A DNA stretch of 64,000 nt from Epithemia pelagica (Eukaryota; Protista; Bacillariophyta): assembly GCA_946965045.2 (NCBI GenBank), contig OX337239.1, positions 3,241,233 through 3,305,232 of the forward strand, read 5' to 3'. The notes beneath the pieces were generated by a model. The model worked only from the letters and a program-made list of their open reading frames with translations. It was not told where the DNA came from and made no database searches. A program made the translations under genes and the position numbers. Positions 1-12,374 of the stretch are shown one piece after another; the stretch's first letter is position 1; the number at the start of each line of letters is the position of its first letter.

Positions 1-584
1 GGTTGGTCGTGTTGGAACGCTAGTAGTCGCCCGAGGCGGTTTTGCTCGTCGCAATCCGAATGGCCCAATTCATCTATCTGTTTTTGCCAATTGTCGCAAT
101 GGACCAGAACGACAACAAGGAATCGAGTCTTGTCGTTGCCACACCACAACCTCCCGAACTACCAACGCAGCCACAAAACAAGAAGGCGGTCATCTTTCCT
201 CTTCCTAGCATACCTCAATTGGACGAAACTGACGGTGCCATTGCCGTGTAACCAACTGTGTTCAATTCCATCTTGGAAGTCGGAGCATTGACGACGACGA
301 CAACGAGTCAGGCAACGTCCACCACCACTACTTCCTGTCGCAGCATTGCTCGTCCGGTTGCTCATGCCTGGAAACAAGCTCCTCCTCATCGCGATGTCGT
401 GCCCCTCGATGACAGTTCCGCCGAAACCTTGTTGCACGATTACAACACTGTCGCACAAGAGTACTCTACCTCCACTTTGTGCCTCGCACTGACCTATTCA
501 TCATACAAAAGGACCTCTTCATCATCACAAATAATGTTGTCGCTCTCTCTCTCGTCGTCGACCAAAAGATACTTTTCTTGGGGC

Positions 585-610
585 TTGTCATGAAATCTAT
601 GTGCGATTGA
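585..610 (+). promoter_or_regulatory. Class A conserved upstream motif TTGTCATG(A/T)AATCTATG(T/A)GCGATTGA (candidate promoter element)
   Basis: Found 110-200 bp before the ATG of copies 1, 3 (variant), 5, 6, 7, 10 and 11, at 585, 9007, 27371, 30907, 43084, 54961 and 57925. Conservation could also reflect simple duplication. Confidence 0.4.
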
Positions 611-760
611 TTACCCTTCACCATCGTACGCAGGACTGGCACACCTTTCTGTCGCCGCGGTCTCCACGCAAAAAAGCAAAGCTTCCACGCGTTGCTGTAT
701 TATTATTACAAAAATACCCTCTGCCATTTTTCTTGTCAACGTATTAGTAAAGCCGTGACC

Positions 761-1945
761 ATGACAACGACACTGAAAGAACAAGCATGGCAGTCGGGCC
801 TTGTCCTGTTAGACGAGACACATGAATGGAATTTCGAGGACTGGCCTCCTCTTGAGGGTGAATGGCGTTCTCGTCATGCTTCGGTCGTACTGAATCATCC
901 CGATAACAACCAAGAACAAACCGTCGTCGTGTTGGGTGGATATCGAACAGGTCAATGCGAGCTCGATTCGGTTCTTACATTGAATCTATCACACCCCAGC
1001 AAGCAGTGGCGAGAAGGACCATCCATGGACAAGACACGTGCTGGACATGCCGCTGTTGTTTGCAATGGCGGCGTGTACGTGATGGGAGGATACAGTCGAG
1101 GACTTTTGGATTGTATTGAACGAATCGATGCCAATGATTTGCTTCGATCATCCTTTACAACCACCACCACACAGGATAGTTATTGGACAACATTGACATG
1201 TCGATTATCAACGGGACGAGTGGGATGTTGTGCTGTTGCCGTGCACAACCGATACATCGTTGTAATGGGTGGACGCAGCAATCGTTATTGGTCGTCGGTG
1301 GATATTGTTGATACCAGCAATCACACTCTCATTGAGGGACCATCTATGACTGTTCCTCGATCATACTTTGACAGCGCAGTCGTTGGACACCGCATCTTTG
1401 TCGTTGGAGGCCGAAACGATGACAATGTACTTGATTCGGTGGAGTATTTGGACTTTGCAGAGGAGAGAAAAGACGACTCTTTGACGACAGTCATTTCCTT
1501 CTCGTCCGCTTGGACCACTCACTCTGAATTGGTGCTTTCCAACCCTCGAGCTTTTTGTGCAATGGTAGCCGTGGGATCTTGTCTGGTGGTGGCGGGAGGA
1601 CGAGGCAATTTAAGTGTGGAAGTCTTGGATACGCACCGCAACCGTGTGTGGAATCTCCCTGGACTGCAAGAAGATCGTTGGGGCTGCAGTATGGTGTCTG
1701 TTCCCAATCAAGTTGCCGTGATTGGTGGATGGCGCACTACTTCCTGTGCGACATTGCCACTAATGGATAGGAATTCGTGGTGCTTTCGTCGACTCTGTGA
1801 GCAGCAATCGAACGGATGGTATGATTCTCTTGAAGGTATGGGTATCCGAGATGATGATATTTCTCCCTTCTCCACCTCGACATCAGCTCATAAACGAACA
1901 AAGCCCGATACACGCCGTGGTGATGAAGGCAAGGATGGAACTTGA
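761..1945 (+). CDS. Stand-alone Kelch-repeat beta-propeller protein, array copy 1
   Basis: ORF 692..1945; conserved family start MTTTLKEQAWQSGLVL at ATG 761. Six Kelch motifs with GG doublets (VVLGGY, YVMGGY, VVMGGR, FVVGGR, VVAGGR, AVIGGW) and downstream Y/W (QWREGPSM, YWTTL, VWNLP). No BTB, F-box or signal peptide seen. Confidence 0.92.
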   Translation: MTTTLKEQAWQSGLVLLDETHEWNFEDWPPLEGEWRSRHASVVLNHPDNNQEQTVVVLGGYRTGQCELDSVLTLNLSHPSKQWREGPSMDKTRAGHAAVVCNGGVYVMGGYSRGLLDCIERIDANDLLRSSFTTTTTQDSYWTTLTCRLSTGRVGCCAVAVHNRYIVVMGGRSNRYWSSVDIVDTSNHTLIEGPSMTVPRSYFDSAVVGHRIFVVGGRNDDNVLDSVEYLDFAEERKDDSLTTVISFSSAWTTHSELVLSNPRAFCAMVAVGSCLVVAGGRGNLSVEVLDTHRNRVWNLPGLQEDRWGCSMVSVPNQVAVIGGWRTTSCATLPLMDRNSWCFRRLCEQQSNGWYDSLEGMGIRDDDISPFSTSTSAHKRTKPDTRRGDEGKDGT

Positions 1946-4916
1946 AATTTGCAACGTATTGCATGTATGTCCCAACAATAGCGGAACTATAGCATTATCA
2001 TTTTTTCTCAAACTGCAGTTTGATTGTTTTCTTCATGGCATTGCGACCTAAAGAGATATCACATACACCTTTGTACTAGTAGAAGACGAAAGTTACACCA
2101 TCCGGCATGACACTGCAAACAGGAGTGGAGCCAGGCCTTGGGTAGATGGCCATGGTACCATGCCTCTCTGCTGTTGATGGGGTCGAGTAATCATGCTGTG
2201 GAAGATTATGGTTACGTGCCTGAAACACTAGGCGTAGCGACTCGTTTAGACGGTCGTCTTCATTCCGACCATGCGTTCAATTGTGAGGTCCGGTCCTTCT
2301 ATGGCGAATGCCTGCGTGAGAGGACAGTACCCCGTCTCTCGACGTTTGTGGTTTCGGGTGACAGGACATTTGTGAATCGTTGGAATTTGTGACACCGACG
2401 TGTTCGATATTTTCTCCAATATTGCAACTATACTTTATCATGAGGTCAGCAATTTGCTTGCGTCGAACCAGCAATCAGTCTCTCCGAAGTGGCTCGTTGA
2501 CAGTCCATGGGTATCGGTCCTCGTAGGAAGACTTGAAAGGGCGATGCGACCCTTTCAAATAATCAATTCTTCACTACTCCAATCGGACGCGTCGGGAGGG
2601 AGTTAAATCGCGTTCCATACTTAAATCCGTAGTACTGCACTCCTCGTCACCGGCGCAACTACTCTCTTGGTCCGACTTTGAGCATTTGTTGCAAACATGA
2701 CGCTGCCATTCATAGCTGTCCTCATATCCACCAGCCAAGGTTGGGCAGTGGAATGCTCCTCCACTCTTTTGTCTTGGTTGTAGATCATCCTGGATGCAAG
2801 TTGTATGACATTTGCTGTAAAGCTAGATACTTTTTTCGAGCCTCCACATCTTTATGTACCTCCAATGGGGCGACTTTGTGATCGATTCAGCAGGTCCTCA
2901 TGGTGTCATGTTGAGAAAGGGTCCAAAATAATTGGCGTCTAGACTGCCATGCAGTGCCACAACACAAAGAGATTTATCTGGTCTTGTTGCTGGCGTCAAT
3001 CCTGATTTACTAGTTGGTCAGTACTGGAGGAGGATTCTCGTTCCAAGAAAGACATGTGGATCAGGAAGCATAACATTGTCCTAGTGCTCTTCTTTTGCTG
3101 TTGTTGTTGTTGTTGTTGTTTGTTACACTAGACCTCCTGTTGCGAATCGAAAGCCAAGGTACGATTTCTAGCTTGTTGCGATGAAAGTTGTCGTTGAGTA
3201 TTAGAGTCTTCTTTTGAGTCTTCCTCCACGGGAGACATGAGAGCGAGTCACAGCAGAAAACGCTGCCAGAAGGCGCGAAAAGGTCAATCTCCGAAACCAA
3301 AGACGGCGACGACGGCGACAGACACATTGTGGTGCTTGCTGATGGTATCTTTTTGTCGTTCGTTTCAATGGATATTCCCCCAAACTGATGTGGAGTCCCC
3401 CTCCCCCAAAGTCTGTGAGTCCCTTCCAAATCTTGGTCGCGGAATGAGGACATGAATGGCTCGCAGGCGCGCCGACCGAGACGAGCAGTGTTACTCTAAA
3501 ATATCGATTGATGTCGTCGCCAAAAAACGACCACTCTAATAGAATCTACTGCTACACTCAATGGGAAACAAGGCATCTAGCATCTACGGTATCATCCCAA
3601 CGGCAACGGCGTTCGATCCACGGCCATGGCGGCCAAAGAATGATCATCCCAATTGGCAGTCTAAACTCATGGCAGGTATTCCTTGGGAAACATCCAACCA
3701 CACTCCCACTGGCGCAACAGATGGACCCATGACATGCATTGCGCAACCTGCCGGTGCTTTTTGTAAAAGACGCCTAGCCAGGTTGCCAAGGTCAACAGTT
3801 TACAAGCACCGTACCATGCCATGTCAGCAGCAAGTGGCCTTGGCCTTTTGATCCGTTGTATTACTGGGGTTCTTCGCGAGAGACACCACGACCCATGGCA
3901 AAAATTGCAGGATGACAAAACTGACCTGAGCCAGTACCATGACAGCGACCGGTACCCGTCATGACCATCGACCAGCAGGATGGAACAACAAGAGCAGTAC
4001 CAACAACAACAGCTCGGTCGACGAAACAACAACAGCTCGGTCGAACCAAGTTCCTTCCCAGACGAGACTCGCATCACTTCCCAGGTCTCCATCCACGACC
4101 AGTACACAGTGCCGTTGCTTTTTCGTCGACTCGGTATTTGTTGATGGGAACCAACAACCAGACACACTGTGGAGTATTCATTGCATGGTTGGATATTCCA
4201 TGGCACTGTGATTTGGGATGATTGAAAAATGCCAACCAGATCACGACTATACTCTACTCCACCGCCCATTTCAAGTGACATCAGCAACAACCACAAAAGA
4301 TCTGAAACGAATCCACACCACATTCATTGCTCTTACGTGTATTCCCGGCTGATGCTTCAAGGTCTGCAGCAACTGGATTGTCCTTTTACGTCATCTTTCG
4401 TATTGTTCGGTACTAGAAGGACTCTTCTTGTCTTCACCAGAAATGATCCACTCGGTTCCCAAAGTCACATGGTGGCCACCTTTTCTTGTTGGCACCCACC
4501 AGCACATTGCTGATTTCTGCTCTCTAGGGATTGGAAACAAGCCTTGGTTGCAGGCAAGGAGCATCCTGCCATTCGCAGAAAAACATGCCCTATCGGTATA
4601 CTGCTAGTGTTCCCAAGGGCGTTTGGCAGAGCTCGGACATTGGCGGAAACTAGAGACGACGGAATGACGAACATGTCAGTAAGCAGTGCAACCGCAATTA
4701 TGGGTATAGCAGCGGCGGCAAGGATGCCGAAACGATGACAATCTGGCTACGGTCACGATTTGTCTCGTGCCGAAAGCTCCTGTCCATCCATTTCGTCAAG
4801 TCAGTCGTGCTTCCAGTCCGCACCCATCACAATCACAACAGCAGAGCAAACCTACCTGCCTCTTACAAGACAGTGTCTCGATCATCATAAATTCTGTAGT
4901 CGAAACGTTTGCAACC

Positions 4917-6116
4917 ATGACCACAACACTGAAAGAACAAGCATGGCTGTCAGGCCTTGTCCTTTCCGACAAGACACCCGAGTGGAATTTCGAGGACTTG
5001 CCTCCGCTTGAGGGTGGATGGCGAGAGTATCATACATCGGTCGTGCTAAATCATCTCGGTGCGGACAACAACAGACAAACCATTGTCGTGTTGGGTGGAT
5101 ACCGAGCAGGTCAAGGCGAGCTCGATTCAGTTCTTGTACTGAATTTAGCAGACCCAAAGAAGCAGTGGCGAGAAGGGCCATCCATGAACAAGGCACGTTA
5201 TAAACATGCTGCTGTTGTGTGCAATAGAGGGGTCTACGTGATGGGAGGATACACTAATAGATATTCAAGTTTGGATTGTATCGAACAAATTAATGCCACC
5301 GATTTGCTCCAACCATCTTCGACATCAAGCAGCTCGAAGAAGAGCCATTGGACGACATTGACATGCCGGTTATCAGTGGAACGATCAGGATGTTGTGCTG
5401 TTGCGGTTCACAACCGATACATCGTTGTAATGGGTGGCAATAACAACGATGGTTATTTGTCGTCAGTGGATATCATTGATACCAACAATCACACTGTCAC
5501 TGTGGGACCAAGCATGACTGTTCCACGACAATCGTGTGCCAGTGCAATCGTTGGTCACCGCATCTTTGTCGTTGGAGGTCATAACGATAATGGCCATCTT
5601 TACTCGGTGGAGTATTTGGACTATGCAACACCCTGTGACAAGGATGCAACAAAAAAGGAGATAGGCTCGACATTCATTTCTTTCTCGTCCACCTGGATCA
5701 CTCATCCTGAGTTGGTGCTTTCCAATGCACGATTATCTTGTGCAATGGTTGCGATGGGATCCTGTCTGGTTGTGACGGGAGGATTCGAATCATCTGTGGA
5801 AGTGTTGGATACGCGCCGCAACCGTGTGTGGAATCTCCCACCATTCACTAACTACCACAATGGTTGTACTATGGTGACTGTTGCCAATCAAGTTGCCGTG
5901 ATTGGTGGATGGCGCAATCCTACCTGTGTGACATTGCCACTAATGGATAGGAATTCGTGGTGTTTTCGTCGACTTTGTGAGCAGCAATCGAACGGATGGT
6001 ATCATTCTCTTGAAGGTATAGGTATCCGAGATGCTGATATCTTGACATTGGCATCAGCACGTCAACGCGCAAGGTCCAATACTCAAAGTGGTGATGAAGG
6101 GGCGGATGAAGCCTAG
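4917..6116 (+). CDS. Kelch-repeat protein, array copy 2 (possible in-frame N-terminal extension from ~4767)
   Basis: ORF 4767..6116, family ATG at 4917. Same six GG-containing repeats; basic tail RQRARSN. Confidence 0.92.
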   Translation: MTTTLKEQAWLSGLVLSDKTPEWNFEDLPPLEGGWREYHTSVVLNHLGADNNRQTIVVLGGYRAGQGELDSVLVLNLADPKKQWREGPSMNKARYKHAAVVCNRGVYVMGGYTNRYSSLDCIEQINATDLLQPSSTSSSSKKSHWTTLTCRLSVERSGCCAVAVHNRYIVVMGGNNNDGYLSSVDIIDTNNHTVTVGPSMTVPRQSCASAIVGHRIFVVGGHNDNGHLYSVEYLDYATPCDKDATKKEIGSTFISFSSTWITHPELVLSNARLSCAMVAMGSCLVVTGGFESSVEVLDTRRNRVWNLPPFTNYHNGCTMVTVANQVAVIGGWRNPTCVTLPLMDRNSWCFRRLCEQQSNGWYHSLEGIGIRDADILTLASARQRARSNTQSGDEGADEA

Positions 6117-7418
6117 CCGTTTATTTCTCGAGTGGTTGACTTGTTTTCTACATTCGATTGCAATACTAGAACCTAGTATTAAGTGTTTACTCAAAAGTAG
6201 AAAGAACATGTTGCAAGAAAGAAGGTGCTTGTTTGTTATGGAAGGATCGATCCCACTTTTATATCTCTACAAGTGGTACTGCGCTTCGGCCATTACCTGT
6301 TTCCTGTCAGTTGTGGGACAGTGCCACCACCGTGGCTGTGTAGTCGTGAGACTAGAATCGGGTACTTTGTGGTGGCGTCATGGCACTCTACATAACACAG
6401 CGTGGTCCATGGAATGGTAGCTGTGGCACAACCAATGAGAGGAGCAGGAACAGAAGCACACCAAGGCGAAACCTTGTTGGACCTGATGTTGTCCGCTTCG
6501 AATGGTTCTTCCTCGAAAGATGACAATGGGTCGACTTTGGATGGAAGTAAGGAGGGAGGACCATCTCATATCCAATTCCGACGTTTTGGTCAAGAGCAGG
6601 TTGTCCCTTTCGGAGGAGTCACCGCTCCAATCGCAATGCCTTCTTCTAGTTGCTGTTGCATGTGAATCGCAATACGTTGCTGCACTTGTCATGTGATGTC
6701 AAGCCGGAATGGCCCAATGAAGATGACGAGTCCAAGAGGAACCCACCAAATCAGATCGAGGGTCGTCCCAATTGTCGCAATGGACCAGAACGAAAACAAG
6801 GAATCGAGTCTCGACGTTGCGACGAGACAGACAGGACACCTCCCCCCACCACTACTTTCTGTCGCAGCATTGCTCGTTCAACTGCTCATGCCTGGAAACA
6901 TGCCGCTCTCCATCGCGATGTCTTGCCCCTCAATGCCAGTTCCACCGAAACCTTGTTGCACGACAACAACGCTGTCGAACAGCAGTGTTGGACCTTGACC
7001 ACTACATCCTTTGTGCATCGTACCGAACTCAGCAGCAGCACCAACAACACAACCACGACAACGAATGCCGCCGATCATGTCTTGGCCATTATGGAAGCCT
7101 TGCCACCCACACCGTATGAATGGTTGTTGGTGTTGGAACACGAGTCGCCCGAGGCGGTTGTGGTCGAATGGTTTTGCTCGTCGCAGTCGGAATGGCGAAA
7201 TTCGTGTATATGCTCGGAGCTATACCTGATCGAACCAAGTATCCATGACGGTGAGCGTTTGCTGTGGCAACGGTTGATTGTTTTCTTGCCTTGAGGAGAA
7301 TGTGGTCGGAACAGGGCTCGATGGTTCGGACGTCAATGGCAAAAAGGGTTGTGGGTAAGTAAAAGTCTGGGAAACCTTGTGGTGTGAGACTGCCTGAACA
7401 ACCAGTATGTGGTAAGTC

Positions 7419-7630
7419 TACTTTAATAGCTGAGGGTGGACGAGGAGGAGCTAGGGTGTGAGGAGTGGCTCAGCTCCGAGAAGGGCAATAGCGACGAGGA
7501 GTGGACTGCCCCTGTGAGATCCGCGTAAGCGGATCGAGGGGGCAGTCCACGACGAGAAGCTATTGCCCGACGAGGAGTTAAGCCACGAGGAGCGCCCTGC
7601 GATGAGGAGTCCCTCAGGGCTATTAAAGTA
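7419..7630 (+). other. 212-nt rod-like nested inverted repeat (putative structured RNA or ssDNA element)
   Basis: Pairings read by eye: 7419-7430/7619-7630 (12 bp), 7431-7436/7611-7616, 7452-7459/7592-7599 (3 G-U), 7465-7477/7574-7586 (one mismatch), 7483-7492/7559-7568, 7501-7512/7539-7550, and 7518-7524/7529-7535 closing a GTAA (GNRA) loop. Internal loops are GA-rich on both arms. Confidence 0.8.
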
Positions 7631-9207
7631 TGTTAGCTTCCTTTGTCACGAGGAGTCGTGCCAGCGCACCCAAGGTAATTTTCGATCATATTAAGTGATC
7701 GGTTCTCTGAATGGATACTTAGTAGTCGTGAGCCTAATTAGTGTTACACATTTAGGCAGGCCTAATTTTTGATAGGGCACTAGGTAATCTTCAATTCTTT
7801 GTAAATAACCGCGTCAAATAAGTGATCACATCCGATTACATCGGATGATTTATAACGGTTTACCCTAAGTATCATTCGTTTTACATATGTAGAAAGCCAA
7901 TCAATTTCCGAGGCGTGATTGTTGTATAAATAAGATAACAGAATACTTGGAGTCAATGTTTGTCCCCCACCCACACCCACCCCCACCCCGACCCGACCAC
8001 AACCACACTGATTAAACGACACAACAACTATTTTTCATGATTACACTAGAATAAAAACTCTAAGTACAGTAATTTTTGGGGCTTAGGTAGTGTGAGTGTG
8101 GCGAGTGACTCACTCCTCAGTGAGTGGGGAAGGGCACGACGACGGTAGAACGACGAGTGGTGAAGGTAGAATTCAACACCCACCAAGAATCGGACATGTG
8201 CACCACGGCCAAATCGGACGTCAGGTCAGCGAGACGTTTTACCTGGAACACGGCAAACTCAAAGGTTAAGTGATGATTGTCCGTCAGAACACCAAACCGC
8301 GCGGTGGAACCTGACCAATTCGACTACGCAATGTGAGATATTGGCCATCTTGCTTCTTCTGGGCGATAAAGAGAGCGGCGTAGCATCCCAATTCCCGACT
8401 GTCGCAAGGTCTTGAGTGGCATTCAATCGTGCCACGATGTGGGACGTTGAGACTTTGTCATTGTCTCTTCAAGGTCCTGCTGCTATTGTCTTGAGGCAGA
8501 GCCGCAGTCGTCATCATCCTGCTAGTCATCATGGTTGCTTGATGAAGCCAGGGAAAAGCTTGACTGGTGGTGGTCGTTGTAGGGAGGGGAGGTGTCTTGT
8601 TGGTGTGTGGTTATTGGTGAAAGCAACCTCACCACTCGTTGTTCTGCCACAGCTGAGTGACCGTTGACCAAACTCGAGGCCTGTTCCACTCCTGTACATT
8701 CCTGACCCATCCGCAGATGCAACCGTCCACAATTGGATTTGTTCATTGCAAAGGCTGGTTTCTCTTAATTGTCGTGACAGTGGGGTCCTCATCTGGTTTG
8801 GCTCTATAAAAGGCTGTCGGTCGTTTTGATGTAACATGTAACATGGCTTTCGGATGGAACAATGTCTTTTGCCCAAATTCCTTATGCTAGTCAACGAAAG
8901 ACATGAGGATACTTCGACGCCTTGTTCTTGTGGATGTTGTCCATCGTTTGGTTTTGGGAACAGACGCGCATCTTTTGGGGAAAGATACGCTGTGCTTGCT
9001 GTGGTCCTGTCATGAAGTCTATGTGCGATATCGTACGTACGACAGACGCTCTCTGGGCTCCAAAGCTTCCACGTGTATTCTACTGTAAGAGTCCTCTCGC
9101 TTCCATCCATCGATCCATATTCCATATATTACCAAAACAACTCACAACAGCCGCAAAAGCACTCTTCTGTGATCCACATAAATTCTGCAGTCAAAACGTT
9201 TGGAAGC

Positions 9208-10359
9208 ATGCCCATGACATTGAAAGAACAAGCATGGCAGTCGGGCCTTGTCTTATCGGACGACACAGCAGAATGGAATGAAAACGATTGGCCTCCTCTC
9301 GAGGGTGGATGGCGTTGGTTTCATACATCGGTCGTACTGAATCATCCCGATAACAACCAAGAACAAACCGTCGTCGTGTTGGGTGGATATCGACCACGTC
9401 AAGGCGAGCTCGATTCCATTCATGTATTAAACTTGGCAGAATCAAACAAGCAGTGGCGAGAAGGGCCGTCCATGGACAAGAAACGTGGGCATCATGCCGC
9501 TGTTGTGTGCAATGGCGGCGTCTACGTGATGGGAGGATACTCTGAAGGTTCATGTTTGAATTGTATCGAACGAATTGATGCCAATTATTTGCTGCATTCA
9601 TCCTTCACAACCAGCAGCACACACGAGATCCAATGGACGACATTGACATGTCGCTTATCAACGCAACGAAGAGGATGTTGTGCGGTTGCGGTGCACAGCC
9701 GGTATATCGTTTTAATGGGTGGCTACAACGGTGGCTACAACGATGGTTATTTGTCGTCGGTGGACATTCTTGATACCAGGAATCACATTATCACTGCTGG
9801 ACCGTCCATGACTGTTCCACGACAATATTGTGCCAGTGCGGTTATTGGTCATCGCATCTTTGTCGTTGGAGGTTGGAACGAGCGTGGCAATCTTGACGCG
9901 GTGGAGTATTTGGACTATACAACACCCTGTGACAGTGATGAGACAAAAAAGGAAACTGGTTCGACTTTCATATCTTCCTCGTCCACTTGGATCACTCATT
10001 CGGCGTTGAGGCTTTCCAATGCACGAGGTTCCTGTGCAATGGTTGCCGTGGGATCTTGTCTCGTCGTGGCAGGAGGACAAAACATTCGAACCGTGGAAAT
10101 CTTGGATACGAACCGCAACCACGTGTGGAATCTCCCACCATTCGGAAATCACCATCATGGCTGCTCTATGGTGACTGTTGCCAATCAACTTGCCGTGATT
10201 GGTGGACGTCGGAATCCTTCATGTGCAACATTACCACTAATGGATCGGAATTCGTGGTGTTTTCGCCGTCTCTGTGAACAGCAACTTAGCGGGTGGCATC
10301 TTTTTCGGGAAGGAATGGACATTTCGTCCTTCTCCACCTCGAGATCAAAATCTGAATGA
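9208..10359 (+). CDS. Kelch-repeat protein, array copy 3
   Basis: ORF 9073..10359, ATG 9208 (MPMTLKEQAWQSG). Six repeats; shortened tail without the basic motif. Confidence 0.9.
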   Translation: MPMTLKEQAWQSGLVLSDDTAEWNENDWPPLEGGWRWFHTSVVLNHPDNNQEQTVVVLGGYRPRQGELDSIHVLNLAESNKQWREGPSMDKKRGHHAAVVCNGGVYVMGGYSEGSCLNCIERIDANYLLHSSFTTSSTHEIQWTTLTCRLSTQRRGCCAVAVHSRYIVLMGGYNGGYNDGYLSSVDILDTRNHIITAGPSMTVPRQYCASAVIGHRIFVVGGWNERGNLDAVEYLDYTTPCDSDETKKETGSTFISSSSTWITHSALRLSNARGSCAMVAVGSCLVVAGGQNIRTVEILDTNRNHVWNLPPFGNHHHGCSMVTVANQLAVIGGRRNPSCATLPLMDRNSWCFRRLCEQQLSGWHLFREGMDISSFSTSRSKSE

Positions 10360-12374
10360 ACAATGACCAGTATGTACTAAAAGGCAAGGATGAAACTTGA
10401 AATGGGCAACATATTGCACTGATGTCCTGCAAAAGGGGATACATTATATAGTGTAATCTTTTTGTTCTGAAACTATTGCTCTAGTGTTTGCATGGCATTG
10501 CAAACTATTGAGATATTCATGTACCATCGGTGTAGTAGAAATGAGATTGTGTGACACAGCGTACGGCAGGGAACGTGATTTCTCGAAACGACGAAAGCCA
10601 TGGATTATCGAGAGCTTTGCTTTGTGTTGAGTGTTTCTGTCGTCGTGGCCCTTGTTTTGCCAGCCCCTAGGGATTATGCACATGAAGCGGTCGCTTCTTT
10701 TGGCTGGACTCCAAACTTCGATAAGAGTCACAAACTTATCACTCTGACTGTAAGAATAAAATTTGTTCTATTCTCTGACGGAGCGACGATTATCCCCGTA
10801 TTTGCCTGGACTGTAAAAGGACGTTGGGATTTGCCATGTGTCCGACTATAAAGTCAAGAGCAATCACAGGACAATCTTCGCACACCCCTTCAATCACGGT
10901 ATGGGGATCGAAACGACCCACCCTCTCCACTTCATGTTCCTGAAATTCTTGTTTCAAATCTTTTGGAATCAATCCCAAGTACCAATAGTGACCTTCGCAA
11001 ACTTGAGCAATCGAACCCGATACTGACTACTTGGCATTTGGTGAAGGTTCTTGGATATTACGTGTCTACCAAGGATTGCACATGCCAGCAATAATGGAAA
11101 AACGGAGACGATGCACGACGACGTTCCACAGAGATGCCTTGCACTGGTACCGACGGGAGGACAAACATTTGTTGTCTAACCATCCAAGTGACATTTCAAG
11201 CAGTCGATGATGACTCATCGTCAATCATTGGATTGAAGACGATTCGACAGAGGACGAGCCATGGGCAAAGATGCGGACAACATTGAGAAAAGAGAGATTT
11301 GTCGTTTCCCAATGAGAGAATGAGTCGAGGCCTCGTCTGCGGCCTGCTTGGCCATCGTCAACATCCGTTGTTGCAGTTGAAGCAAGGTAAGGTTGGTACA
11401 GCATGTCGATCGGCCGGTATACACCAACTCGCCATTCCGACAAGAAAGGTTCCATCGCTTCGCGAAGCAACCGATGCAGCACGGATTATATGGCGTAACC
11501 GATGAGACAACAATTGTATGGCTTGTCTATGACTCGTGAGAAACGTCTTGCACTGGTCCGCCAGGTTACGAGCCCAAATTGAGGTGCCCATCCATATTGC
11601 CAGTGCCACGGCTCAAGAATTCAGAACGGCAATGGCACGGAGCAGCCACCATCCACCATAGGCCATAGGGTATCATTGGCAAGAGTGACTCCCCATCGAG
11701 AGTTTTCGCATCTTTTGGCGGATCTTTGCTCTCAGTAGATTGGAGAGATTCGCATTCGAACTTGCCGGTCCATGCAAACTCTCATGCTCCACCACCATTC
11801 GTCCTTTCATGTTGGGACTGATCCTGGGCCTCGCCATTCAATTGTCACGGATTGAAGGAGGCCACTTCATGGTTGTTGTCCTCAATCATCGCTTCTTGAA
11901 GAGACATGTTGGTAAAATTGATTGATAAGGTCAAGTCGTCGTCGTCCTCATCATCGCCGTCATCATCGTCGATAATAGTCCCCAGCGGCAACGGGGGTGA
12001 GGAGTGGGGTCGCATGTGTGTCGTGCTTTTGATGTTCACACTTCAGACTACTCATTCACTAATCCTCATGACTCACCCCCGCGGTGGGTTTTTGTACATC
12101 CAAAAAGCCTGTACTTACAATCCTTAGGCTATCTCCACCCGAGCGCCGCTATGCTGACGTATTCGAGCTTTCTGATTGGCCTCGCTATCCGGATAGCGGG
12201 TTAGCGGAGCCAAGAGGAAATGAACTCCACGATCTCCGTTATACAATAGTGCCGCTATTGATAAGGCATTTGCAAATTCACATATGCCCTATCTTGTTTC
12301 GGTTAAAGAATGAGAGGGGAGAGGAGTCATCAAACAATAGTCAGCAAGAACAGACCAAAGTTTGCTCAAAAAAG

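Noticed and set aside
2460-4323. Spacer ORFs such as 3061..3453, 3667..4323, 6650..7294 and 16241..17062 as real genes
   Set aside because: Low-complexity or frame-inconsistent between paralogous spacer copies, with no domain motifs; treated as decayed remnants.
7419-7630. Hammerhead ribozyme, SRP RNA or tRNA identity for the rod structure
   Set aside because: No CUGAUGA/GAAA core in a three-way junction, no SRP helix-8 consensus and no cloverleaf was found by eye.
12084-12374. N-terminal 97 aa of the 541-aa transposase ORF
   Set aside because: The listed start lies outside the left TIR (12127), so it is a chance in-frame extension; ATG 12375 is used instead.
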